A DNA stretch of 62,120 bases, the filler included, from Bonamia ostreae (lineage: Eukaryota), in NCBI GenBank assembly GCA_040357525.1. It is 6 parts of 6 records of this genome, joined end to end, with 100 filler letters (N's around TTAATTAATTAA, not from the genome) between each part and the next. Parts side by side here need not be neighbours in the genome. Positions count along the whole stretch, not along the records: positions 41,931 to 51,991 come from JBDODL010000032.1; positions 52,092 to 62,120 come from JBDODL010000033.1; 4 more parts are not named here. The stretch is one strand, 5' to 3'. Both the position numbers and the translations under genes were made by a program. This document shows, piece by piece, positions 47,077 through 58,311 of the stretch. The notes below the pieces were generated by a model, which saw only the letters and a program-made list of their open reading frames with translations, had not been told where the DNA came from and searched no databases. Every line of letters starts with the position of its first letter. Position 1 is the stretch's first letter.

Positions 47077-49703
47077 ATGGCATTCGCCCATTTCATTTTT
47101 GCCAGTTTTGCTGCTATTGCATGTCGAAGGTACCATAATAATTACAATTATTGGTTCAGAAGAGATTGTGAAAAAAATGCGGCAAATTGGTTGGAAGATT
47201 GCGGGTTTGAGAGTGAAAAGTTCTTAAGCGGTCATTGGAGCACAAGAGGGTCCTATGGATTAATTGATGCCAACAATTTTGGGGAGGGAAAAGTATTAAT
47301 TAATAAGTTTTGTATATAATCTAAAAGTTATTTCGCCTCACATCCGTTGTCGGGTAAAAAATCTTTTTTGTCGGGATTTTGCAGAACGAAATCTAGATTA
47401 AATTTATGTCAAGATGTGTCGTTTCCTGCCAAATATCTAGAAAAAGCAAAATTTAAATTGAATTATAGATACGAATACGATTTTACAAAAGTGTATAACA
47501 ATAAAAAAACATCATTTACCGTGTCTGTAGTGACTTTGGATGCATATGGAAAAATTAAAGAGACACATCACGTGATAAAACTAAATAAAGGTACTTCATG
47601 CGACGACACGGGGTATCTAGAGAAAGATTTATTTATAAACATTTGCGATATCAAGAAAGTGTGCATTCAATGGGACTCTTTTTTGTTTAAAAATGGAGAA
47701 TTTGTACTGGAAATTGACAATCTTCTGTTAAAAAGAGGAATGTATTATGACAGTTTTGATAGCATCGAAGAGAGAATAGTAGAGAACGATGAAATTGCGG
47801 AAGAAGTGGATTATGAGTTTGAAGTGATTTCTCCTCAGTCTACTTCAAAATCTTGTCAGTTGGTGGACAACATGGCTAATATGAGAAACATATGCCAAGT
47901 TTATAAATAGTTTACTTAATAGATTGATGTAAGGGGAAATATCTACACCAAAACAATATCATTGAGGGATTTCAAGACAATGGCAAATAATCATGATGTG
48001 TTCTTAGTGTCTTCTAAATTTCCAAACACTAATAGCGGCATTCAATATTCATGTTCCTGCGTTCCAGGTAAATTTTTTTATTCCAAGATTGCGATGGTGG
48101 AGACACGGCTTATTCCAGTATTGGTCTCAAAAATCTGTCGTATTTTAAGAATGGGTATTTCCAATACTGTGTGGCCGTAAGAAAATCAGCGGCGAATTCC
48201 AAATTGTGTTTTAAAAATGATATGAATGAGGACATTGATAAACATTGTTGTTACAGCACTGAACATATCGATAAAAGCGCTGAAAAAAAATGCTCCGGAT
48301 GGTTCATAGCGGAAAATACTGATATGAGCTATAAGCACCCTTGTTACAAAACATATTGCATAAGAACAAAGGTTTTTGTTAAATATTGCAGTGGAATGAA
48401 TTCTCTGAAAATTTTGAACACGTATTGTCAGATTCGTTCACAAGAGAAACAAATGGTGTTGTTTACGTCACGAATATATTTAATAACAAAATAAACATTA
48501 TCGATGATCCTGAATTTTCGTTCGGGTCGCCGCACCCCTGGACGATTAGACAGAATTTGAACACTGAAGCGTCAATTAACACGGAAGTCATCGTTAAAAA
48601 CAACTTGGTCTTAGAAAAGACGTTGATGCACTCATATCTTCTAGGCTTCTCGAAAGGATTCGACGCATATGGCCTTACTCATTTGGCCAAGATTATGTTC
48701 GAGACGTCGGTTAAAAGGTTTTATTGATGTAGTGATCTTTAGACCGTATAAGTTGGATTTGTATAGCGTTAGAGTGAAAGGTTTTAATCAACAAGAATTC
48801 TCTTTTGGCGAATCATCGCAAGGTTGCAGTCTGGTTAAAAACGAATGTGTGCAGAAATGGTTCGTTAAGTTGACGCCAGAAGCTTCCAAATGCAAAATCG
48901 AAAATGATATTTCGGTTTCAACGCAAAAATATTAAGTTGTACTTGAGACATACTTGCGACCCTGGAGCGTCTAGCAGATGTTCCGCACCAGGAAAGATTG
49001 AAGTGATGAAAATTCCTTACGAATCGTCGAATTGGTGTGATTCGCACAAAGAAATAACTATTCCGCCGCCAACCGCAGAAATAGAATGGTTTAACTTTGA
49101 GGATTGTGAATTCGATGACATCGGTTTCGAATCGCCTTCAGTTTTGCTTTTTTATTAAAGAGCACAAGATATGAGATAACAGTGGCTGGAAACAAAAAAC
49201 TGCACATCAAAAACGTCCTATTGAACTCTTTTGACATTCTAACAAATTGCAACGACCAATCTGATGCCAAAACAATAGAAATGTTCTCAGAGGGAAAGAA
49301 TACTATAGCCGGCACGCAAGCCAACTTTAAGATCATTCCAAAACCTCGCAGAATGTGCACCAAGAACGGAATGGTTGTTCCGACAGGTCCTAATTCGGTT
49401 GTAATTCAGATGGATTTCCCGAAGAACATTTTCGATCCTCAAAAATCGTGTAAATTTGAAGTTAGAGCCTTGATGGACATCTCCTACAAAGACGAAAACA
49501 AAAATTTTTCGGAAAAACAGATTTTTACGAACGAAAAACAATTATTTGAGAACCCGTCCGTGTTTAAAGAAGATGGTGTTGCCGTGCCGAACAAGATGAA
49601 TGTGATGAAGGCAGGAACTGTAACTAAGATGAAGCTCGACAGCGAATCGCTACAGTCACTGCCGAAAACGATATTCACGATTCTCGCGATTATATTAATG
49701 TAA
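47077..49703 (+). CDS. Large cysteine-rich secreted or GPI-anchored surface protein (multi-exon)
   Basis: N-terminal hydrophobic leader, many Cys and a hydrophobic C-terminus (SLPKTIFTILAIILM). Consecutive ORFs are separated by ~20-30 nt intron-sized gaps. Confidence 0.65.
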
Positions 49704-49732
49704 AGCGTGAAAATTAAATGTAATGTTCACAA

Positions 49733-50670
49733 TTAGTTTTTCGCCAATTTTTCGAACTTTGCCACTAACATCTTCTTCTCTTCTTCGAAACACTGAGAAC
49801 TCTTTAAATTTTCCCTGTTTTTCTGGCCAGACGAAACAGCCAAAGCGTGATGGTTATAGGTAAGTACGCCCTCAATCATTTTTCGATTGCAACTCTCTCC
49901 GAGCTTTTAAGTTAATTCTAAACCAATTCGTAGGCTTCGTCTATGTATTCCGAAGTCTCTGATCCCGAATCGAGAAGAGCGTTACAAATCGCTTCCAAGT
50001 GGAGTATATAAGATGAGTTATCAACTGATTCGATGATGTCTTGCATGTTCTGGCAAGATTCCTTGAGCATCTGAGTGTCAGCCTAAATCGATTGAACATT
50101 AAAAACTGTCACGATGCTAATCCACGCGGCGACAATCACAGTGCTAACGTCTTCTGGGTTGATTGCTTTCATCTTTTCCAACACAATCTCAGCAAAATTG
50201 GTTTTTCCGAATTTGATGTACATCTGCGCAGCCAAAATGTAACTATATTTAATTGTCAAAACAAATCCAAGTTTTCCATTTCCTCTGCAAACTTGACAAC
50301 GCTATCGTAATCTTCACTATTGAAACACGAATAGGCCATCAACAAACAAACCGGCACATTTTTATAATCGACACGATCGCATTTTATGTTTTTTCGAGTT
50401 TCTTTGTTACTGTTATTTTCAAACCGTACGCTTTAGCTAATTTTCGCAATTGTTCACTTTCCTTAAAAACTTCATTGCGGCCTGTCCCCAAGTAATAAAA
50501 CACCTTCGCCAAATCACTGTCTTCATTGTCACTTTTATTAAAATAGCAAAATTTTAATAAAAGAACTTAATAACAAACCGTTCCAAACCAGAAAATTCCT
50601 TTTCAACTAATTGTGAATTCCATGTGTAAAAAGCAGATCGCAGCAAAAACAAACCGTCGTTATTCGCCAT
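49733..50670 (-). CDS. COPE: Coatomer epsilon subunit (divergent)
   Basis: DGLFLLRSAFTHG at the N-terminus. AQMYIKFGKTNFAEIVLEKMKAINPEDVSTVIVAAWISI resembles the epsilon-COP TPR region. Confidence 0.65.
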
Positions 50671-50739
50671 TAGACGATTTCCTTAGAATTCTATATACGA
50701 CCAAACTATAAACATTACTAAGAAGCTAAAACTTAATAA

Positions 50740-51991
50740 ATGGGAACTCTAAATTCTTGCTTAAAATCCAAATCTCTATACCGTGACGGAAAGTTAATTT
50801 TAATAATTTAAGTGAAAATTTTTCGGTTGGCACCGCGACGATGCAAGGTTTTGAGACAAATTTTTGACTAAAATATTTTTGTGTTTTCGTTCAATATTGA
50901 CACAGATAATTTACAATTTTGTTCAAAAATCGCACAGACAAAAATAATTTGAAAATTCTAAAAAATTTAGGATTTAGGCTAAACCAAGAAGACGCACACA
51001 AATACACATTTAGTTTAAAAAATCATCCATCATACGCTTTGTTCGGAGTGTTTGATGGCCACGGAGGCGAAAAGGCATCACATTTTTTGGAGGCCAACAT
51101 TCTTGACACTTTAAATAATCTAGAAAAACTCGACGACGAAAACATTCAGTTCAAAAATATCCTTAAAAATCTCGCGAAACAAAATTTTTTGTCTCGTCGA
51201 AAACATCTCCAAAATTTATTTTTGACTAAAACGCGATTTTAATAGAAATGCGTTAATGCTTCTCGACAAAAAATTTGTATCGGAAGAAAATAGCAACATC
51301 CGCGAGCAAGGCTCTACATGCGTCTTCTGTCTGGTCAAAAAAAGCAAAAATAAACTAAACAAAACAAGTTTAAAAAAAAATCGATTTTCCAAAATTTTCA
51401 AAATTTTTCCAAAGTTTACGATTTGACCTGTTTCAATACCGGCGATTCAAGATGTTTGTTATTAAAGCAAACGGGGGGATATCAGCCTCTCAGTAACGAC
51501 CACAAACCGACCGACAAAACAGAATTGAAAAGGATCAAAGAAGCCGGAGGAACTGTTTCATCTAATCGTGTGGTAAATTCATTCTCAATTTTACTCTGAA
51601 AATTTAAAATTAACGAAGGACAATAAAATTAAATTCGACGATAAAATAAAATAAAGGACGGAACGTTGGCAGTTTCGCGCGCGTTTGGGGATTATAACTT
51701 GAAAAACGATCCCGAACTTGATCAGGGAAAACAGAAAGTGATAGCGCTTCCGGACATAATGCGAGGCACTTGTCAAAAAGGCGACATTTTGTTAGTTTGT
51801 TGCGACGGAATTTTCGAAAATCTGCAAAATAAAGCTGTCGCGAATTTTACTCGCGACACATTTTGCAAAGTTTTTATATCAAATTTTGTTGCAAAAATAA
51901 AAATTTTGGTGTTGTTCAAAATAAATATTGAAAACTAATTTTTTTGGTTAAAATTTTTTTAATTAATAATTCTGCGACATTAAAAAAAGAC
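50740..51991 (+). CDS. Protein phosphatase 2C, 3' truncated
   Basis: MQGFRLNQEDAH, GVFDGHGG, NTGDSR, DHKP, LAVSRAFGD and CCDGIFE. Confidence 0.92.
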
Positions 51992-52359
51992 NNNNNNNNN
52001 NNNNNNNNNNNNNNNNNNNNNNNNNNNNNNNNNNNTTAATTAATTAANNNNNNNNNNNNNNNNNNNNNNNNNNNNNNNNNNNNNNNNNNNNTGTTCTTTT
52101 TTGTGATTGTACCGATAAGTACAAAATCGTCCGGGAAACCGACTTTTCAAGGGATATTTAGTATTGTTACCACAATAGAGATAAAGACGAACAACAGAGT
52201 TGTTTTGCCAATAAACCATTTCATTTCTTTTTCGTGGTTCCATTTAAAGGATTTCAGATTAGAGTATTTTATAATTATAGATTTGTTGTTTATGAATATT
52301 TGATTTATAAAATAAGAAGATAACAGTTTTGGCAATGCAAAATAATCGTTTATTCGAGG

Positions 52360-52999
52360 TCAAATCTTTTCATTCCTTTTTTCGATCATCATCGATCTTT
52401 AATTGTGTCTAAAATTACAGTGGTCCATCATTGGTAATACCAACTTCCATTCTGTGGCCAAATTTTCCTTCTAATTTTTTTAAAATTGAAAACCTTTTAC
52501 CTTCTCAAAGCCATAATTCTCTTTCAAATAATCGATAAATTTTCTGTAAAAGTCTTCCGCCAAATTGCTTTTCATCGCGTCATGGAAATCAAGTCTATTG
52601 CCTTTCAGCTTCGAATACAGAGAAAATTGACTGACTTTAGCAATTTTGTTAATTTGGTCTAAAATAATTTTTCCATCAAATGATCAACAGCAAAGCAAAA
52701 GTTGTATAAAATTGAAAACCGACTAAAATTTCATAATCCATTTCTTGGAGAGATTTCATGTAGTTCTTTTCGCCATCGGGCCAAAGTCTTAAATTTAGAC
52801 ATTTCTTGGCCCTTTATACAAAAAATTATTTAAGTAACATTTTTTCGATAAAATCCTCAGTGTCGTTTTTGTGTATTCCCAACAAAACGCAGATTCCAGG
52901 TCCGATTTGACTAATTTTTTCATTTGTTTTTTGTATTCTTGATTATTTTTAAGTTTACCTGACATGCGCTTTCTTTACTCGTTGGATCATTATTTTCAT
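52360..52999 (-). CDS. DTD1: D-aminoacyl-tRNA deacylase
   Basis: MKIMIQRV..IGPGICVLLGI..LNLRLW..VSQFSL..KGNRLDFH..GKFG..NDGPL. Five introns. Confidence 0.92.
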
Positions 53000-53572
53000 C
53001 AAAATTCTATTAAAATTGGTAATGTTGAAATGTTCATTATCTTTAATTAAAAAAATTGGTTTTTTCGACGTACAATATTTTTTAGCTGGATTTATTGCAA
53101 AAAGTCTTTTAAATCGGAATCTTTAGCAACTTAAAAACTGAATTTTATAATATTAAAACAGCGCCAGAAATAAGTGAACACAAATAATTTTTATTCGTCT
53201 ATGTACTTATTGTCTTCTTTCTTAATTGTCTCCTCGCGCATAGAATGTTTGATTTTGATCTTGAATAAATCTATCATCTATAAGGCAATAAATAAAAAAT
53301 TTGATCTCGCACGGTGATCAATGCCCAATAAAATCCTCTCGAGTTAGCATTCTTGTTTTACGCTTTCGTCAATCGTAATTTCGTCTCCAAAGAGTTTTGA
53401 CGCGTAGTCCTCAAAAAGAAACTGGCTCTTATCTTTTTTCAAAAAGTTTTGGCTCAAAAAGTTTGTAAAATGATAAAAACAACATCTTTTTCTCGTAAAG
53501 AGCAGTTTTATCTTTAGCTGTTTATTTGTTTTTTCTAAAAGTGTTTTTGTCACTTTTTAATGTTTTCTCCTT

Positions 53573-53715
53573 AAAAATAGAGACTACAAGGCGAACCTTT
53601 AATAATCAAATTATTTGTCCCTTTATTTTTGATGGCATATAAGTCTTCTTTTTAGAGAAGAGACTAAAGAAAACTCACAATTAAACAGGGTTAGGGTTTA
53701 CGAAATTACGCCGAT
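53573..53715 (-). ncRNA. TERC: Candidate telomerase RNA (TTAGGG template, ~143 nt)
   Basis: Template AACCCUAACCCU (53698-53687), enclosed by helix GGCGUA/UAUGCC. Pseudoknot at 53676-53642, three-way junction at 53622-53579, T5 terminator, and upstream TATA- and USE-like boxes. Confidence 0.7.
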
Positions 53716-53729
53716 AACAATTTGAACAA

Positions 53730-53775
53730 CAAATATAAATGAACAAAATCCGTTCAAAAAAGAAATGGGATTTTA
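53730..53775 (-). promoter_or_regulatory. Putative type-3 Pol III promoter (USE-like AATCCCATT + TTTATATT)
   Basis: TCCCA-core element at ~53764-53773 and TATA-like box at ~53732-53739, ~20 nt upstream of the predicted RNA 5' end. Confidence 0.45.
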
Positions 53776-53812
53776 TTCATTACAGCAAATTTTTTTAAAT
53801 TTCCAAAATAAA

Positions 53813-54438
53813 ATGGCAGACGCAAAAATAGTTTTCCCAGGTTTACAGTAATTAAATGTTCTCAAAGGGCAGAAATTGGGAACAACAACAAATTTTGGCG
53901 CAGGAAAAAACACCGTCCAATCGCAAAAACACTACGTCGTCGCCACACATGTCGGCCAAGCGACTTTATTCAAAAACAAAAACAACAAAACATTCATAAA
54001 AGTCACAACAAAAGGTCCGTCCCCGATCATTCCCACAAAAGACGATCTTGTCATCGGCCAAATTAGGAAGATCTCGAGCACAAACGCTATTTTAGCGATT
54101 TCGATTTGCAACAACAAAAAATGCGTCAACTCTTTGTATGGAAGCATACGAATGCCAGATGTTAGAAAGAGGGATTCGGAGAATGTCAAAATCTACAAAT
54201 CGTTTCGACCTGGCGACGTCGTCAAAGCGGTAGTGGTAAATTGAATCTTACACAAAAGATGTCTAGAGGAAACCAGAAATACTTTTATCTGTCGACTGCT
54301 CGCGAGGAATTGGGTGTTTTGGTTGGGATGGACGAACAGGGCAAAGTTCTGGAAAGAATCGGCAATGAACTAGTGGATTCTGCTGGGAATGCAGTTGTGG
54401 GCAGGAAAATAGCCATTTTGCATTGTGATGATAAATAA
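53813..54438 (+). CDS. EXOSC1: Exosome complex component CSL4
   Basis: VFPGQKLG, GSIRMPDVR..IYKSFRPGDVVKAVV and YLSTAREELGV. Two introns. Confidence 0.9.
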
Positions 54439-54527
54439 CTTAATTTTGTTTGCGACCCATTTTCCGTTTAATTCATTTTTAGTAAAATTTATATTTCTCC
54501 AAATAATGTTGTAATCCGTTTAATCAC

Positions 54528-57500
54528 TCACACTTCATTTATCACCCCCGTGAGATATTTCAACATTTCATCAATAACCAGAACGGGAGCAGACAACGCA
54601 AAAACAGCCGTCCACTCCGCGAGCCCGATCGGCGCCGTCGAGAACATTGTTTGGAAAAACGGGAAGTAGAGAATCACGAGATGAAGCGCAAAGGACAACA
54701 GAACGGCCGCGACTACAAACATGTTGCGCCACGGAGGCACTGCGAAGAGACTTTTGTTCTCCGAAATCGCATTGAGCGCGTTCAGCATTTCTATTGTCAC
54801 CAGCACCGAAAGGGACATGGTCGCTGGGGCCTTCTCTGTGAAGATCTTACAGTCGAACCCCGCCCCGAACATGTCGCTGCTTCCACAGCGCTCGAAATTC
54901 CTCAATTGCTCGAAAGTTATTCGAGGGCCGCCCGCGAAGTGCAGGTGCCACCACACGAATCCGAACACCGTCGCAAACCCGATGTAACAGCCGATTATGG
55001 CATATCGCGTGAGCAGCCACACGCCGATGATGTGCTTGTCGCGGCGTCGCGGTGGATGCCGCATTTCGTCCGGGTCGACCGGATTGAAGCCGAGAGCCGT
55101 CGCGGGGAGGCCGTCGGTGACCAGGTTGACCCACAGCAGTTGGACGGGGATCAGGGCCTCCGGGAGACCGAACAAAGCGGTGAGGAAGACAGAAGCGACT
55201 TCGCCGATGTTGGAGCTGATGAGATAGCGGATGAACTGCTTCGTGTTCGCGTAGATGGCGCGGCCCTCCTCGACTGCGCGGACGATGGTGCCAAAGTTGT
55301 CGTCTTGGAGGACGATGTCCGCGGCTTCTTGCGCGACCTGCGTGCCGGAGCCCATCGCGACGCCGATGTCGGCGCTGCGCAGAGCGGAGGCGTCGTTGAC
55401 GCCGTCGCCCGTCATGGCGACGACATTCCCCTGCGCTTTCAAGAGCCGCACGAGCATTAGTTTGTGGCGCGGTTCGACGCGCGAGAAAAGCCTTAAATTT
55501 GCTGTTTTAACAAATTTGCCAATTTTAATTTGAATTTGGGCTCACGACCGCTCGTTGAAACCTGACCGCCGTCCTCCGGCGCGGTCATCCGAAGTCCCAA
55601 CTTTAGCGGAAACAACAGTTTGGAAACGACAACACCGAGATTCGAACCCGTGCACACGCGAATGTGCAACTAAGTTCGAACGACGAAAGTAAAAAGACAT
55701 TACGAATGCGCAGTTGTTAAAAATTAAGGTAAAGACGGAAAGAATGCAAAAATCAGTAAAAGTAAAAAGACACTGCTTCCTCGGCAGCGATCAGTTGGTC
55801 TTGCTCCCCCATCCGCATGAATTCTTGGCCCGTTATCGATTTTCCTTTCAACTTTTCGTCCTCTCCGAATATTCCTATTCTGCGGCAAATCGACTCGGCG
55901 GTCGCTTTGTGATCGCCCGTTATGACTTTCACCTTTATTCCGGAGCGGTAGCAGCTTCTTATCGACTCTGCGACTTCGGCTCTCGGCGGATCGAGAATCC
56001 CCGCCATTCCCGCGAAAACGAGATTGTCCTCGTGGCCGTAATAGCCGTCTTCGCTTTTCCTCGCAAATGTCTTCTTTTCGCCGAAGACCAGTTCCGCTTC
56101 GTCTTTGTCTTCCAAATTCAGTTTTTTGTATGCGAACGCCAATACTCTCAGCCCGTCGCCAGCCATTTTCACCATCTCGGCGATCAAGAATTCGCGGTTT
56201 TCTTGGTCCAGTTTTTTCGAACCCGCTTCGCCCAGATTCTCTCCGTCTCCGCAGAAAATAGAGTCGCACCTGGACAAAACGTATTCCGGGGCGCCTTTGA
56301 CATGGACAAAAGCACTTTTCCTCTCTCGCTGAAAGCTGCTCCCGTCGCCGCCATTCGCCAATACGTCGATAGTGCTCATTATTTTGCGTTCTCTGTCGAA
56401 ATCGAAAAGTCGCTTTCGGGCGCCGTCCGGCGCTCCGCCCAATTTTCGCACCATCACGCGCAGTGCGACTTCGGTCGGAACGCCGACGACCTTGTCTGAG
56501 CGCGTTCCGGGTACGTGCCCGGCCTCGTTGCAAAACTCGCTAATCTGAGCTATCCGCCGCAATGCCGGGTTTTGCAACGGCTCGTGCAAGATTTTGCCAT
56601 TTTCGTCTCTAATAGTTCCCTTAGTGCTATAATCTGTCCCCGAAAGCTTAAACCTAAATGGTGCTATTTTGGTTTCAGGCACTAAAGACGGAAGTGAATT
56701 TGCGGTGAAAAGAGAACGAACGTTCATTTTGTTCGTCGTGATCGTTCCGGTCTTGTCCGAGCAGATCACCGTTGTGCAGCCCAAAGTCTCCACAGACGGA
56801 AGAGTGCGCACAATCGCGTTTTTTCGGGCCATCCTCGTCGTCCCCAGGGCGAGGCAAGTTGTCACTACGGCGGGCAGCCCTTCCGGGATTGCCGCTACCG
56901 CGAGAGTGACGGCTATTTTGAAGTAATATACGGCGCCCCGCAGCACGCCGCCGTGCTGTGCGTCGGTGAAATGGCCAATATTGATCAGCCACACCACTAC
57001 GCAGACAAAGAGGATTATTTTTGACAACTGCTCGGCAAACTTGTCGAGTTGTTGTTGGAGCGGCGTCCTCTTCTTCTCGGCGTTGATGCGCTCGAGTTCG
57101 CCTTGGATCTTGCCCAGTTCCGTTCTGCCGCCTGTTTTCACGACGAGGGCCATGCAGCTCCCTCTCACGACCAAAGTCCCCTTTTAATATAGAGATGAAC
57201 CGAAAAAAGCATGTTGGCCATGTCTTGGATGACGATGGAGTTGTTCATCTTGAGCGCTCGCGCCTGCTTCGATTTCGCGACCGATTCGCCGGTCAACATG
57301 GACTCGTTGCACATGAAGTCGCCCTCTGAGGTGATGGCCTGGACTCTGCAATCGGCCGGGACGCGCTCGCCCGTGGTCAGTTTGATGATGTCGCCGGGCA
57401 CCAGCTCTGCGGAGTCGACACGCAGGAGGCTGCTGTTGCGCAGCACGTAGGTGCTCTTTGCTTCCAACTCTTTCAGTCGTTCGATCGCGTTGGACGCGTT

Positions 57501-57872
57501 GATTTCTTGGACGACGCCGACGACGGCGTTGGCGATCAGGATGAGCAGGATAACGGCGGGTTCTACGAAGGAGCTAAAGATGGAGTCGTTGTTTTCGAGG
57601 AATCCCAGCAGAAACGAGATCGCGGCGGAGATCAAGAGGATGATGACCAGGCGGTCTCCGAACTGTTCTGCGAACAGTTCGGAGATGGAGGTTTCTGGTT
57701 TTTATTAGAAATGCAACTTTTCGCTTTTTGGAGCACTTAAATTAGAAAAATAACCGTTTCGGCCATGTTGTTTTCTCGCCTTTAAAACGTTCGATTCCGC
57801 CAAACCGTTAGTGACGTCAGTTTTTAGTTCGACAACCAGTTGTTTTGTGTCCTTAAAACAAGCGGAATCCAT
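54528..57872 (-). CDS. ATP2A: SERCA-type P2A Ca2+-ATPase
   Basis: [43 protein letters not shown] and LWVNLVTDG. Introns include 55492-55771. Confidence 0.97.
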
Positions 57873-58311
57873 TTCTTCTAATATATAGAATGTTGTTTAT
57901 ATAATTATCTGGGCTTTAAATGTTCTAGGAATCGCCAATTCAGCGAATAGCGATTTTTTAAGTTGTGTTCGATAAATATTCGGTAAATGTCTCCTTTCGA
58001 ATGGAGTGCATTCAATCCGCAAATTATTTCATCAACTATTCTTTTTTATTATTTTTTACAAAATAAAAATTCGCAACAAAATAAAAATTTGCTGCAAAAA
58101 ATTACCATTGAAATTTAAATTATATCCGTTGAAATAATTTATGTAAGATAATAATTAAGTAACAATATATAACAATTGTTGTCCATTTTTAAAAAATTAA
58201 GTAATATAAAAATAATTTGATGTACATTTTCAATTAACATTGTTCATATATAAAAAAGCTGGAACAAAGTTGTTAAAACGACCACAATTTTCAAACTATT
58301 TATAAAATTGA

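Noticed and set aside
52397-52418. Apparent frameshift or stop right after the DTD1 NDGP motif
   Set aside because: A 22-nt GTAATT..TAAAG intron restores NDGPLSMMIE.
53190-53560. Possible small spliced gene between DTD1 and the TR candidate
   Set aside because: No consistent exon model or recognisable family could be built on either strand. If one extended over 53573-53780 it would weaken the TR call.
55538-55630. HDV-like or hammerhead ribozyme in the SERCA intron
   Set aside because: Partial resemblance only: it lacks the P1.1 GG and P4 of HDV-like ribozymes and the CUGAnGA core of hammerheads.
54651-56533. Long alternative-frame and antisense ORFs over SERCA (also over NDC80, 25146-26042)
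   Set aside because: Expected shadow ORFs of GC-rich coding sequence, with no recognisable motifs.
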